From: Alphaproteobacteria bacterium
GTDB lineage: Bacteria; Pseudomonadota; Alphaproteobacteria; Reyranellales; Reyranellaceae
Assembly: GCA_016869975.1 (NCBI GenBank)
Contig: VGCZ01000008.1
Coordinates: 26,869 to 50,868 of the forward strand
Direction: 5' to 3'
Length of the DNA: 24,000 bases
This document shows, one piece after another, positions 14,664-23,011 of this stretch. A program made the position numbers and the translations under genes. Every line of letters begins with the position of its first letter. The stretch's first letter is position 1. Below the pieces are notes generated by a model. It had not been told where the DNA came from and did no database searches. It saw only the letters and a list, made by a program, of their open reading frames with translations.

Positions 14664-15986
14664 TCACGTTCCAGTGCCGCTGACCGCGTCGACCCGGTCG
14701 GCTGGGCCGCCATCGGCCGAAGCGCCCAGAGCCTGCACGTCCAGCCGCTCGCGCGCCACGCCCTTGTCGATCAGGTAGGCGCGTACCGCCAGCCCGCGGG
14801 CCAGCGACAGGCGTCGCGTCTCGGGGCCGCCGCCGCCGGAGCTGTAGGCTTTCAACGTTATCTTGCGCGCGGGATCGGCGATCATGTCGGCGGCCAGTCG
14901 ATCGAGCGCCGCGCGCGCCTCGGCCGAGAGCGCGGGCGAGTTGGCCTCGAAGGTGACGCGCGTGGCGCCAACGACGGACGGTCTGGCGGGGGCCGGGGGC
15001 GGCGGGATCACAGCGGCGGTCTGGCCGGGCCGCTCGACCGCGACGGCCGGCGCCGGTTTCGGTGGCTCAGGCGGCTGAGCGGCGACAGGCGCAGGGGGTG
15101 GTGCCGGCTTGGGCGATTCGGGCGGCGCGGCGACCACGAGCGGTGCTGCAGGCGCCGGCTTCGGTGGCTCAGGTGGTCGGGCGATGGCGGGGGCCGGCTT
15201 GGGCGGCTCCGGCGGTGCGGCGGCCGCGGCTGGCGCTACGGGCGCCGGTTTTGGCGCGACTACGGGTGCGGGCGCTGGCGCCGGCTTCGCGGCGGCCGTC
15301 TGCGTGGGGCGTTCGACGACGACGGCTGGCGCCGGCTTGGCGGCGGGCGGCGGATTGGTGATGCGCGGCGTCGGGCTTGGCGCTGGCGGCGGGCTGTCCG
15401 TCGTGCCGCCGTTGGCACCCTGGGCGGGCGCCGGAGCGGCGGCCACCGATGTGCGCGGTGGTGCCGCAGGTCGCGCGGCGCCAGAACGGCGCGGCGCGTA
15501 AGGCACGGTGCCGAACGGCCCGGACGCGCCCACTGGGTTGCCGGTCTCGGGGATCGACAGCAGGCGGCTGCGAATCGGCCCCGAAGGAGGCGGCGGCAGA
15601 CTGGCGCCGGGATCGGCGGCCCGGGGCGGGGCGGGCGGCGCGTAGAAGCCCGGTGCGCCGCCACCCGGTGCGACGCCACCCGGCTGCTGCTGTCGCCAGG
15701 GATTATAGGCGCCGACCTGGCCAGCGGGCGCCTGACCGGCGGCTGGTGCGCGCGGTCCGGTGGGCGGGTAGGCGGGTGGATAAGGCGCCACCGGCGGCGC
15801 GCCATACGCGCGTCCCGTGGTCTGGCCGGGGCCGGCCTGGGTGTAGGGGTTGTAAGCGCCCACCACGCTCGTGCCATAGCCGGGCTGCTGGGCCATGGCC
15901 GGCGGCGACACGATGGCGAGGCCTGCGAGAAGCGGCAGGACGACGCGACGCCGCGCCAGGATCGGAGAGGTCATGTTAGTCGCCAT
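14664..15986 (-). CDS. Secreted proline-rich protein (about 440 aa) with four PPEPPKPAPA-type repeats and a C-terminal degenerate OmpA-like domain
   Basis: ORF 14664..16052. The likely start is the ATG at 15986 (MATNMTSPILARRRVVLPLLAGLAIVSPPAMA-QQ, a signal peptide), with an alternative at 15974. Composition is extremely rich in Pro, Ala and Gly. The C-terminus is VTFEANSPALSAEARAALDRLAADM...ITLKAYSSGG...RRLSLARGLAVRAYLIDKGVARERLDVQALG. Confidence 0.7.
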   Translation of the reverse strand: MATNMTSPILARRRVVLPLLAGLAIVSPPAMAQQPGYGTSVVGAYNPYTQAGPGQTTGRAYGAPPVAPYPPAYPPTGPRAPAAGQAPAGQVGAYNPWRQQQPGGVAPGGGAPGFYAPPAPPRAADPGASLPPPPSGPIRSRLLSIPETGNPVGASGPFGTVPYAPRRSGAARPAAPPRTSVAAAPAPAQGANGGTTDSPPPAPSPTPRITNPPPAAKPAPAVVVERPTQTAAAKPAPAPAPVVAPKPAPVAPAAAAAPPEPPKPAPAIARPPEPPKPAPAAPLVVAAPPESPKPAPPPAPVAAQPPEPPKPAPAVAVERPGQTAAVIPPPPAPARPSVVGATRVTFEANSPALSAEARAALDRLAADMIADPARKITLKAYSSGGGGPETRRLSLARGLAVRAYLIDKGVARERLDVQALGASADGGPADRVDAVSGTGT

Positions 15987-16103
15987 GCTGAGCCGCCGCA
16001 GGGAATCGCGTCGACTGGCCCCGGAGTTCGCGCACACTACCCTGTCGCCCATCGCGTCTCAACCGCGAGCCCGGTTGTCCCCAACGCGGCGCGGGATAAC
16101 ACG

Positions 16104-17015
16104 CTAGGCCGAGGGCGCCAGCAGCTCGACGACGGGATCGCGCAGCGGCGGGTTGATGGCGAGGATCGTGGGGCCGCCCAGCGCGTAGGGCCGGCCGGCG
16201 ATATCGGAGATCACGCCGCCGGCCTCGCGCACGATCAGCGTGCCGGCCGCGACGTCCCACGGCGAGAGGTCGAACTCCCAGAAGCCGTCGAAGCGCGCCG
16301 CCGCCACCCAGCACAGATCGAGCGCGGCGGCGCCGAAGCGGCGCACGCCCGAGGTCTTGGCCATCACGGCGCGCAGGCTCTCGGTGAAACGCGCGTGGTC
16401 GCCACGCTCCTGGTAGGGAATGCCAGTGGCCATCAGCGCGCCGCCGAGCTGACGGCGGCCCGAGACGCGCAGGCGTCGCCCGCGGGCGGACGGCGTCTCC
16501 AGGAAAGCGCCGGAGCCCTTCTCGGCGTAGAACAGATCGTCGTTGGCCGGATTGTAGACCAGGCCGGCGACGACCTCGCCCTCGCGCTCCAGCGCGATGG
16601 AGATGGCGAAATGCGGCACGCCGTGCATGAAGTTGGTGGTGCCGTCGAGCGGATCGACGATCCAGCGATACTCGCCCGCGCCCTTGGTCTCGCCGCCTTC
16701 CTCGCCCAGGAAGCCGAAGCTCGGCCGGCCATGCAGGAGATGCTCGCGCAAGACTTGTTCGGCGCGCAGATCGGCGTGGCTGACGAAATCGCCCGGGCCC
16801 TTCTCGCTGAACTGCAGGTGCTCGACCTCGCCGAAGTCGCGCTTCAGCCCCTTGCCGGCGGCGAAGGCGGCGCGCTGCATAATGGTCATCAGCGGCGAGC
16901 GCGGCGCCTGGCTGGCGCGCGGTAGCGGCGCGGAGCGCTCGCGGATCGGACCCGCGGGCGCGCGGCCCACACGCGCCACCGGCCGGTCGCCGCCCTTGGT
17001 CGGTGGCCGTGTCAT
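16104..17015 (-). CDS. suhB: Inositol monophosphatase family protein (SuhB-like), with a possible ~40-aa Arg/Pro-rich N-terminal extension
   Basis: IMPase motifs FLGEEGG, WIVDPLDGTTNFMHG and DLSPWDVAAG are present. The ATG at 17015 has a good GAGGAA site 8 nt upstream. Alternative GTG starts at 16979 and 16970 and an ATG at 16889 would shorten the N-terminus. Confidence 0.85.
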   Translation of the reverse strand: MTRPPTKGGDRPVARVGRAPAGPIRERSAPLPRASQAPRSPLMTIMQRAAFAAGKGLKRDFGEVEHLQFSEKGPGDFVSHADLRAEQVLREHLLHGRPSFGFLGEEGGETKGAGEYRWIVDPLDGTTNFMHGVPHFAISIALEREGEVVAGLVYNPANDDLFYAEKGSGAFLETPSARGRRLRVSGRRQLGGALMATGIPYQERGDHARFTESLRAVMAKTSGVRRFGAAALDLCWVAAARFDGFWEFDLSPWDVAAGTLIVREAGGVISDIAGRPYALGGPTILAINPPLRDPVVELLAPSA

Positions 17016-17063
17016 CGCAAACGTTCCTCTTCATCGGGACCGCCGGCGGTCCCAGGAAAGCCA

Positions 17064-17633
17064 CTAATCCTTGGCGCGTTCCATGTACTCGCCGGTCTCG
17101 GTGTTGACCACGATGCGCGTGCCGGCGCCGACATGCGGCGGCACCATGACGCGCACGCCGTTCTCCAGCACCGCCGGCTTGTAGGACGACGAGGCCGTCT
17201 GGCCCTTCACCACCGCGTCGGCCTCGACGATCTTGAGCGTCACCGACTTCGGAATCTCGATGCCCACAGGCGTGGTCTCGTGCATCGAGACGACCACTTC
17301 CATGCCGTCCTGGAGAAACGGCGCGCGCTCGGCGCCGATCATCTCCTCGGTCATGGTGAACTGCTCGTAGGAGTCCTTGTTCATGAAGTGGAAGCCGTCG
17401 CCGTCCTTGTAGAGGTACGTGCAGTCGTGCGCGTCGATGCGCACCAGCTCGACGGTCTCGCCGGAGCGGTAGCGCTCCTGCAGCTTGTTGCCTTCCTTCA
17501 GCGCGCGCGCCTCCAGGGTGACGAAGGCGCCACCCTTGCCGGGGTTGACGTGCTGCACCTTCATCGCGGCGTAGAGGCGACCGTTGACGTCGATGACGTT
17601 GCCGGCGCGGATGGTGTTGATGGGCACTTTCAT
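17064..17633 (-). CDS. efp: Translation elongation factor P (189 aa)
   Basis: ORF 17064..17666 with an internal ATG at 17633. MKVPINTIRAGNVIDVNGRLYAAMKVQHVNPGKGGAFVTLEARAL... has the PGKG loop (Lys33). The C-terminus ...VNTETGEYMERAKD is also conserved. Confidence 0.9.
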   Translation of the reverse strand: MKVPINTIRAGNVIDVNGRLYAAMKVQHVNPGKGGAFVTLEARALKEGNKLQERYRSGETVELVRIDAHDCTYLYKDGDGFHFMNKDSYEQFTMTEEMIGAERAPFLQDGMEVVVSMHETTPVGIEIPKSVTLKIVEADAVVKGQTASSSYKPAVLENGVRVMVPPHVGAGTRIVVNTETGEYMERAKD

Positions 17634-17668
17634 GGCGATCCGACCGAAGCTCGATGGCAAAAACACGG

Positions 17669-17691
17669 CCGGGGGCGAACGCCGCCCCCGG
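17669..17691 (-). terminator. Candidate intrinsic terminator downstream of the VOC gene
   Basis: 9-bp GC stem CCGGGGGCG / CGCCCCCGG with a 5-nt loop. On the minus strand it is followed by CCGTG-TTTTT. Confidence 0.45.
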
Positions 17692-17737
17692 AAAGCGCGC
17701 GGAACCTATCAGAGCGGGTACGGGGGGGCAACCTGCC

Positions 17738-18277
17738 TCAGGCGGCCTTTTCAGGGCCTTTCTCGCCTTGGGCGGCGCTGGTCACACGGGTACCGTTACT
17801 GACGATCTCGGCGTCCCACGGGCCGGGGAAGCGGCCGCTGCCGGTCTTCTCGCGGGTGAAGACGTTGGAGTCGACCGGCCACTCGGCGCGCGGCATCTCG
17901 TAGAACACCTCGACGCCGTTGCCGTCGGGGTCGCGCATGTAGATCCCGAGCGAGATGCCGTGGTCGATGACGCGGTCGATCGGTTGTCCCTCGGCCTTGA
18001 TCCTCCGGTAGAACTCCTTGAGGTCGTCGAGGCTTTCGAGGCGCCAGGCCATGTGGTTGAGGCCCACCTGGCCCTTCTGCTGCAGCGGCGCGTCCTCGCC
18101 GACCTGCATCAGCGCCACCTCGTGCGACTGCTCCTCGTCGGCCGACAGAAAGGCGGCCCAGCCTGGCCGGTACTCGTAGACGTGCAGGCCGAGCAGATCC
18201 TCGTACCATTTCTTCGACCGCTCGACGTTGCGGACATAGACTTTGACGTGCTGCAGGTACATCGGGCGCTTCGCCAT
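17738..18277 (-). CDS. VOC (glyoxalase / bleomycin resistance / extradiol dioxygenase) family protein (179 aa)
   Basis: The ATG at 18277 is preceded by [33 protein letters not shown]...GLNHMAWRLESLDDL...HGISLGIYMRDPDGNGVEVFYE is the typical VOC beta-alpha-beta-beta-beta pattern. Confidence 0.75.
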   Translation of the reverse strand: MAKRPMYLQHVKVYVRNVERSKKWYEDLLGLHVYEYRPGWAAFLSADEEQSHEVALMQVGEDAPLQQKGQVGLNHMAWRLESLDDLKEFYRRIKAEGQPIDRVIDHGISLGIYMRDPDGNGVEVFYEMPRAEWPVDSNVFTREKTGSGRFPGPWDAEIVSNGTRVTSAAQGEKGPEKAA

Positions 18278-18370
18278 GGTGTCCTCCCGCCTTCTTCAGT
18301 CGCAAGTCGCAGCCTAGCGCGCCTCTGTCCCTGTCGCCACGCACGAAGCGGCGGGATGACCCGCGGCGGC

Positions 18371-19510
18371 TCAGCGCGATCCACCGCCGCGTCGGGTCGA
18401 GGCGATGGCGACGGCCGCCGTGGCGGTGAGCATCAGCCCGGCGACAACGATCAGCGCCGTCGACAGCGACGCCGCGGTCAGCAGTGCGCTGGCGAAGATG
18501 ACGCCGGTGGAGTTCGCGGTGCGTTGCAGGGCGAAGACCTCCGCGCGTCTGTGCGGCGGCGCCAGCGCATCCAGCGCCAGCGAGTAGTGGGTCGCCAGCG
18601 GTGCCAGGACGGCGCCGATGAGAACAGTGCCGACGATGGTCGCCGTCACGCCGATATTGGCGGCCGCGAGCGTCGCGCCCAGCGTCATGACCAGGAGCTG
18701 GGCGACAACGACCGCGTGGCTCGCCATGCGGTTGCGCACGCTGACCCAGATCCCGCCCGCGACCGAGGCGACGCATAGAGGTACGGTGAACAGGATCGCG
18801 AGAGCCGGCTCGTGGCCGAAGTTCAGCGCCAGCGAGACGGCGCCAATCTCGATCGCCGCGACGGTGGCGCCGCCGGCGCCGGCGCAGAGCAGCCACAGCG
18901 CCATCGAGCGGTTGAGGACCGAACCTTCGGCAGGGCGCGGTTCGTCGCTATCGGGCGAGGCGACATGCGGGACGAGCAGCGCCGGCGCCGCGCCGATGGC
19001 GGCGAGCGCCAGCACGGCGAAGACCGGCGAGATCGTGCCCAGGCCGGAGGCCGCCACCGGCGCCAGCACGAAGACCGTTTCATTGAGCGTGGCGGCGATG
19101 CCCAGCGCGCGCGGCAGGCGCGATGCGGGCGCGAGCTGGGTGAGCAGCGCGCGCAGCTGCCCAAAGGCCGCGCCATTGACCGATCCCGCGATCGCCGCCA
19201 GCGCGACGAGCCACGCGAAGGCCGCGCCGTGGTGCGCGAGCAAGGCCACGCTCACCAGGGCGACAGTGCGGATGACCACCAGCAGCCGCACCGCCGTCGC
19301 CAAGGGCAGCTTGCGGGCGAGCCGAACGATGGGGACGGCGCCGATCACCTGCGCCAGCGTCATCGCGAGCATCATGGCCGCGCCGCCACGGGCGTCGCCG
19401 GTGAGGCTCAAGGCGACCAGCGCGAAGGCGATCGGCCCCGCCGCCTGCGGCACGCCGAAGGCGGCGGACGAGACGAACCAGCGGATCAGCGGCGCTCGGG
19501 TGGATGTCAT
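18371..19510 (-). CDS. MFS-type transporter (379 aa)
   Basis: ORF 18371..19510. It is hydrophobic throughout, with about 11-12 predicted TM segments. All overlapping plus-strand ORFs are Arg/Ala-rich artefacts. Confidence 0.7.
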   Translation of the reverse strand: MTSTRAPLIRWFVSSAAFGVPQAAGPIAFALVALSLTGDARGGAAMMLAMTLAQVIGAVPIVRLARKLPLATAVRLLVVIRTVALVSVALLAHHGAAFAWLVALAAIAGSVNGAAFGQLRALLTQLAPASRLPRALGIAATLNETVFVLAPVAASGLGTISPVFAVLALAAIGAAPALLVPHVASPDSDEPRPAEGSVLNRSMALWLLCAGAGGATVAAIEIGAVSLALNFGHEPALAILFTVPLCVASVAGGIWVSVRNRMASHAVVVAQLLVMTLGATLAAANIGVTATIVGTVLIGAVLAPLATHYSLALDALAPPHRRAEVFALQRTANSTGVIFASALLTAASLSTALIVVAGLMLTATAAVAIASTRRGGGSR

Positions 19511-19621
19511 GGTGATAGGGGCGTCGCGCGGCAGGAGAAGACCACCACGATGCGCTCTTCGGATCGGCCCACCCTTCGTGAGTCACCCGCTGTGGTGGAC
19601 CGCGACCTGCGCTGGCGCGGG

Positions 19622-20446
19622 CTACGCCGCCTTCTTGAGCCGGAAATCGTATGTCAGCTTGCCGCGGTCCTGGTCGCCGAAGTCGCGGATCAGCGATTCC
19701 TTCACGCCGAACACCACGTCGCTGTCGAGGTACTTGTCGCCGCGCACGAAGAGATGGGTGATGACCTGGCGGTGGCCCGGCGCCTGGACCCAGAAGTGCA
19801 GATGGCCCGGTCGCCAGGGATGGCGGCCCATCTTGCGCAGCACGTCGCCGACCGGTCCATCGTCGGGGATCGGGTAGCAGGCGGGCAGCACGGTCTCGAA
19901 CCAGAAGCGGCCCGAGGCGTCGCTCTTCAGCCGTCCCCGCAGGTTGTGCGCCTCGCCGTCGCCGATCTGCGAATCGTAGCCGCCCTCGGGCGAAGCCTGC
20001 CAGCAATCGATCTGCGCGCCCTCGATCGGCTTGCCGTCCTCCGACAGCACGCGGCAATCGACATCGACGCGCTTGCCGGCGATGCCGGGCGAGATGTCGC
20101 CGCCGTTCTTGATGATCGGCGGGTTCTCGCGGAAGAACGGGCCGAGCACGGTCGATTCCGTCGTATTGCCGGCGGTAGGGTTGGCGATGGCGTCGACCAG
20201 CATCGAGACGCCCATGGTGTCGGACAGCAGGATGAACTCCTGCCGCTTGTCGTCGCACCACTTGCCCGTTTCGGTGAGGAACTGGATGCCTTTCAACCAT
20301 TCCTCTGGCGTCAGCCTGGTCTCGCGCACGAAGGCGTGCATGTGACGGATCAGGCTGCTCATCACCTCCCGCAGGCGTGGATCGCAATCCTTGCCCATGC
20401 GCGCGACGACTTCCGCGGTGAGGTTCGCCTCGGTGAAGTTGCGCAT
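19622..20446 (-). CDS. Intradiol ring-cleavage dioxygenase (hydroxyquinol / catechol 1,2-dioxygenase family, 274 aa)
   Basis: ORF 19622..20461. The ATG at 20446 is preceded by GGGAGAGGG. A dioxygenase N-terminal helical domain (RLREVMSSLIRHMHAFVRETRLTPEEWLKGIQFL) is present. The core is ...GPFF...CYPIPDDGPVG...GRHPWRPGHLHFWV. Confidence 0.8.
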   Translation of the reverse strand: MRNFTEANLTAEVVARMGKDCDPRLREVMSSLIRHMHAFVRETRLTPEEWLKGIQFLTETGKWCDDKRQEFILLSDTMGVSMLVDAIANPTAGNTTESTVLGPFFRENPPIIKNGGDISPGIAGKRVDVDCRVLSEDGKPIEGAQIDCWQASPEGGYDSQIGDGEAHNLRGRLKSDASGRFWFETVLPACYPIPDDGPVGDVLRKMGRHPWRPGHLHFWVQAPGHRQVITHLFVRGDKYLDSDVVFGVKESLIRDFGDQDRGKLTYDFRLKKAA

Positions 20447-20457
20447 CGCCCTCTCCC

Positions 20458-21039
20458 TCACATCAGCGTGCAGGCGTCGTCGAAATCGAGACGCGGGCTA
20501 CGCGCGAAGATCTTGGTCGGATCGCCGTAGCCGATATTGCACAGGAAGTTCGACTTGAAGCGGCCGTCGGGGAAGAAGGTCTTGTCGACCACCGCGTTGT
20601 CGAAGCCGCTCATGGCGCCGATGTCGAGGCCCAGCGCGCGCGCGGCGATGATCAGGTAGGCGCCCTGCAGGGTGCCGTTGCGGATCGCCGTCGGCATCGC
20701 CGCCGGCGTGCCCTTGAACCAGTTGATGGCGTCCTGGTTGTGCGGGAACTGGCGCGGCAGGTTCTCGTAAAACTGCGTGTCGTAGGCGACCAGCACGGTG
20801 ACCGGCGCCTCCATGGTCTTGGCGGTGTTGCCCTCCGACAGCGCTGGCCGGAGCTTCTCCTTGCCCTCCTTGGTGCGGATGAAGACGAAGCGCGCCGGCT
20901 GCGAGTTGGCCGAGGTCGGGCCCATCTTGACGATGTCGTAGATGGCGCGGATCTGCGCGTCGCTCACCGGCTTGGGCAGCCAGCCGTTCTGCGTGCGGGC
21001 GCTGCGGAACAGCAGGTCGAGGGCTTTGTCATCGAGCAT
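20458..21039 (-). CDS. Nitroreductase-family protein, RutE-like (malonic semialdehyde reductase-like, 193 aa)
   Basis: ORF 20458..21294 with an internal ATG at 21039. [63 protein letters not shown]...[26 protein letters not shown] closely follows the E. coli RutE pattern as I recall it. Confidence 0.75.
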   Translation of the reverse strand: MLDDKALDLLFRSARTQNGWLPKPVSDAQIRAIYDIVKMGPTSANSQPARFVFIRTKEGKEKLRPALSEGNTAKTMEAPVTVLVAYDTQFYENLPRQFPHNQDAINWFKGTPAAMPTAIRNGTLQGAYLIIAARALGLDIGAMSGFDNAVVDKTFFPDGRFKSNFLCNIGYGDPTKIFARSPRLDFDDACTLM

Positions 21040-21107
21040 GGCGGGCGAACTCCGGAAGCGGTGAAGCGGCGCGATTGTCGGCCGGATGACGCGTCCAAGC
21101 CAAGCGC

Positions 21108-22469
21108 CTAATCCATGCCGTAGCTCGCGGCGTCGAGGCGAAAGAGGAGTCCTCGCCAGTCGCGCACGCCGGTATCGTGCCGGTAACGATTGGCGTCGGC
21201 GACCTCGCGGTACAGCGCCATCGCCGCGCGATCGTCGAGCGCCTGGACGTCGCAACACAAATGCTCGGCCATCAGATCGCAGCGCAGCCGGCACGCGATC
21301 TCAGGGTCATGGAACGAGCAATTCATCTCGGTGCTGCCTTCGAGCGAGAAGGCGTGCAGGTTGCACGAGCCTATGGTCGCCCAGACATCGTCGACGATCA
21401 TCACCTTGTCGTGGACGTAGATGCCGTAGGGCGTGCCCTTCGCGTCATGGCCCTGGATGCCGGCGAGCCGGAAATTCGGGTAGCGGTCGAGCGCGCCGAG
21501 CTGCGCGAACAGCGCCTGCCGTTCGCCGCGGCGGCGCGCCTCGCGCACGAAGGGCTCGACCTCGGCCGGCACCAGCATGTTGACGTCGACACCGCGCTTC
21601 AACGCCGCTTCGAGCCGCTCAGCCACGGCGACGATCGGCACCGACTGGTTCTCGATGTAGATCGTGCGCCGCGCCGCCTCGATGGCGCGCAGGTACTGGT
21701 CGAGGATCGACCGCTCGCCACCCGCGATGTCGAACGGCCGTCCCTCGGGCGTCGCCGCGCCGTCGCGGTAGCGGCCGGCATGCACCGTGCGCTGAATCTG
21801 CACCAGCGCGCGGCCGCGCGGCACCGAAAGGCTGGTCGGAAAGGCCAGCTGGTCGTCGCCGGTATGGCCCCAATGGCCATCCTCGACGTCGCGCTCGCTG
21901 GCCTCGTTCCAGCGCTGCGTGAAATTGTGGTGCACGTCGGTGGCGGCGGGGCCTTCGATCTCGAGGTAGAGGTCGTGGCGCTGGCCGGGGCCGGGATGGC
22001 CCGGCACGCTGTCGCCGCGCAGGGTCATGTTCACGCCGCCGACGAAGGCGATCTCGCAGTCGCGGCCGGCGTCGATCAGCCAGCTCTTCTGATGCTGGCA
22101 ATAGGCGTCGTGCGCGCGATCCCAACGCGCGCGCCAGCGCGTGCCGCGCGCGCCGAGGAACTCGCGGTCGAGCGCCGTGCCGCGGAAGGCGGTGACGTTG
22201 CCCTCCAGCGTATTGGGCCGCCAGAAGATCACCCGCACGTCCAGCCCACGCGCGGCCGCGCGATCCAGCACGTCGAAGAACGAGCCGCGCGCGTCGGGCA
22301 TGCGGAAGTCGATGGTGGCGAAGGCGGCGCAGATCCACACGCTGTGACGCGCGCGCTCGACCGCCTCGCAGATGCGCCGGAACACCGGCGTGCCGTCGAT
22401 CAGCGGCTTGAGCGCGTTGCCGGCGCGCACGGGATAGGAGCCGGACTCGACGAAGGGAACGTGGCTCAT
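21108..22469 (-). CDS. Phospholipase D superfamily protein with two HKD motifs (453 aa)
   Basis: ORF 21108..22469. HKD 1 is [12 protein letters not shown]...GGVN. HKD 2 is [19 protein letters not shown], a perfect HxK(x)4D(x)6GSxN. Confidence 0.8.
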   Translation of the reverse strand: MSHVPFVESGSYPVRAGNALKPLIDGTPVFRRICEAVERARHSVWICAAFATIDFRMPDARGSFFDVLDRAAARGLDVRVIFWRPNTLEGNVTAFRGTALDREFLGARGTRWRARWDRAHDAYCQHQKSWLIDAGRDCEIAFVGGVNMTLRGDSVPGHPGPGQRHDLYLEIEGPAATDVHHNFTQRWNEASERDVEDGHWGHTGDDQLAFPTSLSVPRGRALVQIQRTVHAGRYRDGAATPEGRPFDIAGGERSILDQYLRAIEAARRTIYIENQSVPIVAVAERLEAALKRGVDVNMLVPAEVEPFVREARRRGERQALFAQLGALDRYPNFRLAGIQGHDAKGTPYGIYVHDKVMIVDDVWATIGSCNLHAFSLEGSTEMNCSFHDPEIACRLRCDLMAEHLCCDVQALDDRAAMALYREVADANRYRHDTGVRDWRGLLFRLDAASYGMD

Positions 22470-22474
22470 GGTGC

Positions 22475-22879
22475 CTAGAATGCTTCGTCGAAGGCCGAGC
22501 GCCGCTTCGCGCTCGGCCGCGGCGGCGGCGTGAAGCCCAGTGCCAGCTGAGTCTTGCGCGGCAGCCTGGCGGCAATCACCTGGTGGGCACGACGCAGATA
22601 GGCCTTGAGCATCTCGTCGTCCTGCGCTTCGGGCTCGGCGACCGCCACCCAGCGGGCGCGCGCCAGATAGGGGCAGGGGCGGAAGCCCGGCGCGTCCTTG
22701 AGCGATTCATAATGCGCGTCGTCGGCCTTGAACCACGCTTCGCGCCGTTTTTTGTCGCGCGGCGGCAGCATGCAGAACATCTTGCCGCCGACCTTGAAGA
22801 CGATGACGCCTTCCCACTGCACGATGCGCGTCGCCTTGGGCAGCTTGCGGCAGAAGCGATCGATCGTCGCGCCGTCCAT
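22475..22879 (-). CDS. MmcQ/YjbR-family protein (134 aa), second copy in the window
   Basis: MDGATIDRFCRKLPKATRIVQWEGVIVFKVGGKMFCML...FRPCPYLARARWVAV matches the YjbR pattern. The stop is 5 nt upstream of the PLD start codon. Confidence 0.7.
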   Translation of the reverse strand: MDGATIDRFCRKLPKATRIVQWEGVIVFKVGGKMFCMLPPRDKKRREAWFKADDAHYESLKDAPGFRPCPYLARARWVAVAEPEAQDDEMLKAYLRRAHQVIAARLPRKTQLALGFTPPPRPSAKRRSAFDEAF

Positions 22880-23011
22880 CCTGAGATTCCTGTCGTGAGA
22901 GCCGGCGGGAGAATGGTTCGATTCGCACGCGCCGTCGAGCGCGGCCTCGCGAGTAGAGGCTCCCCATCTGCCAGGAGGCGGGGAGAGGGAGGAAGTGTTA
23001 GCGTCGCGCCC

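Noticed and set aside
14655-16925. 756-aa plus-strand ORF spanning the proline-rich gene and suhB
   Set aside because: It is the antisense of two minus-strand genes. Gly/Arg runs mirror the Pro/Ala codons on the other strand. suhB motifs are unambiguous on the minus strand.
17654-20530. Plus-strand ORFs 17654..18778, 18618..19877 and 18812..20530, and minus-strand ORFs 17796..18896 and 19080..20387
   Set aside because: They are shadow ORFs over the VOC, MFS and intradiol dioxygenase genes, with no motifs and typical GC-rich artefact composition.
22960-22995. Possible ninth family 1 REP copy in the yjbR / epmA divergent spacer
   Set aside because: Only the right arm (GCGGGGAGAGGGA) is present and the left side does not pair. 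At most it is a decayed relic and is not listed as a feature.
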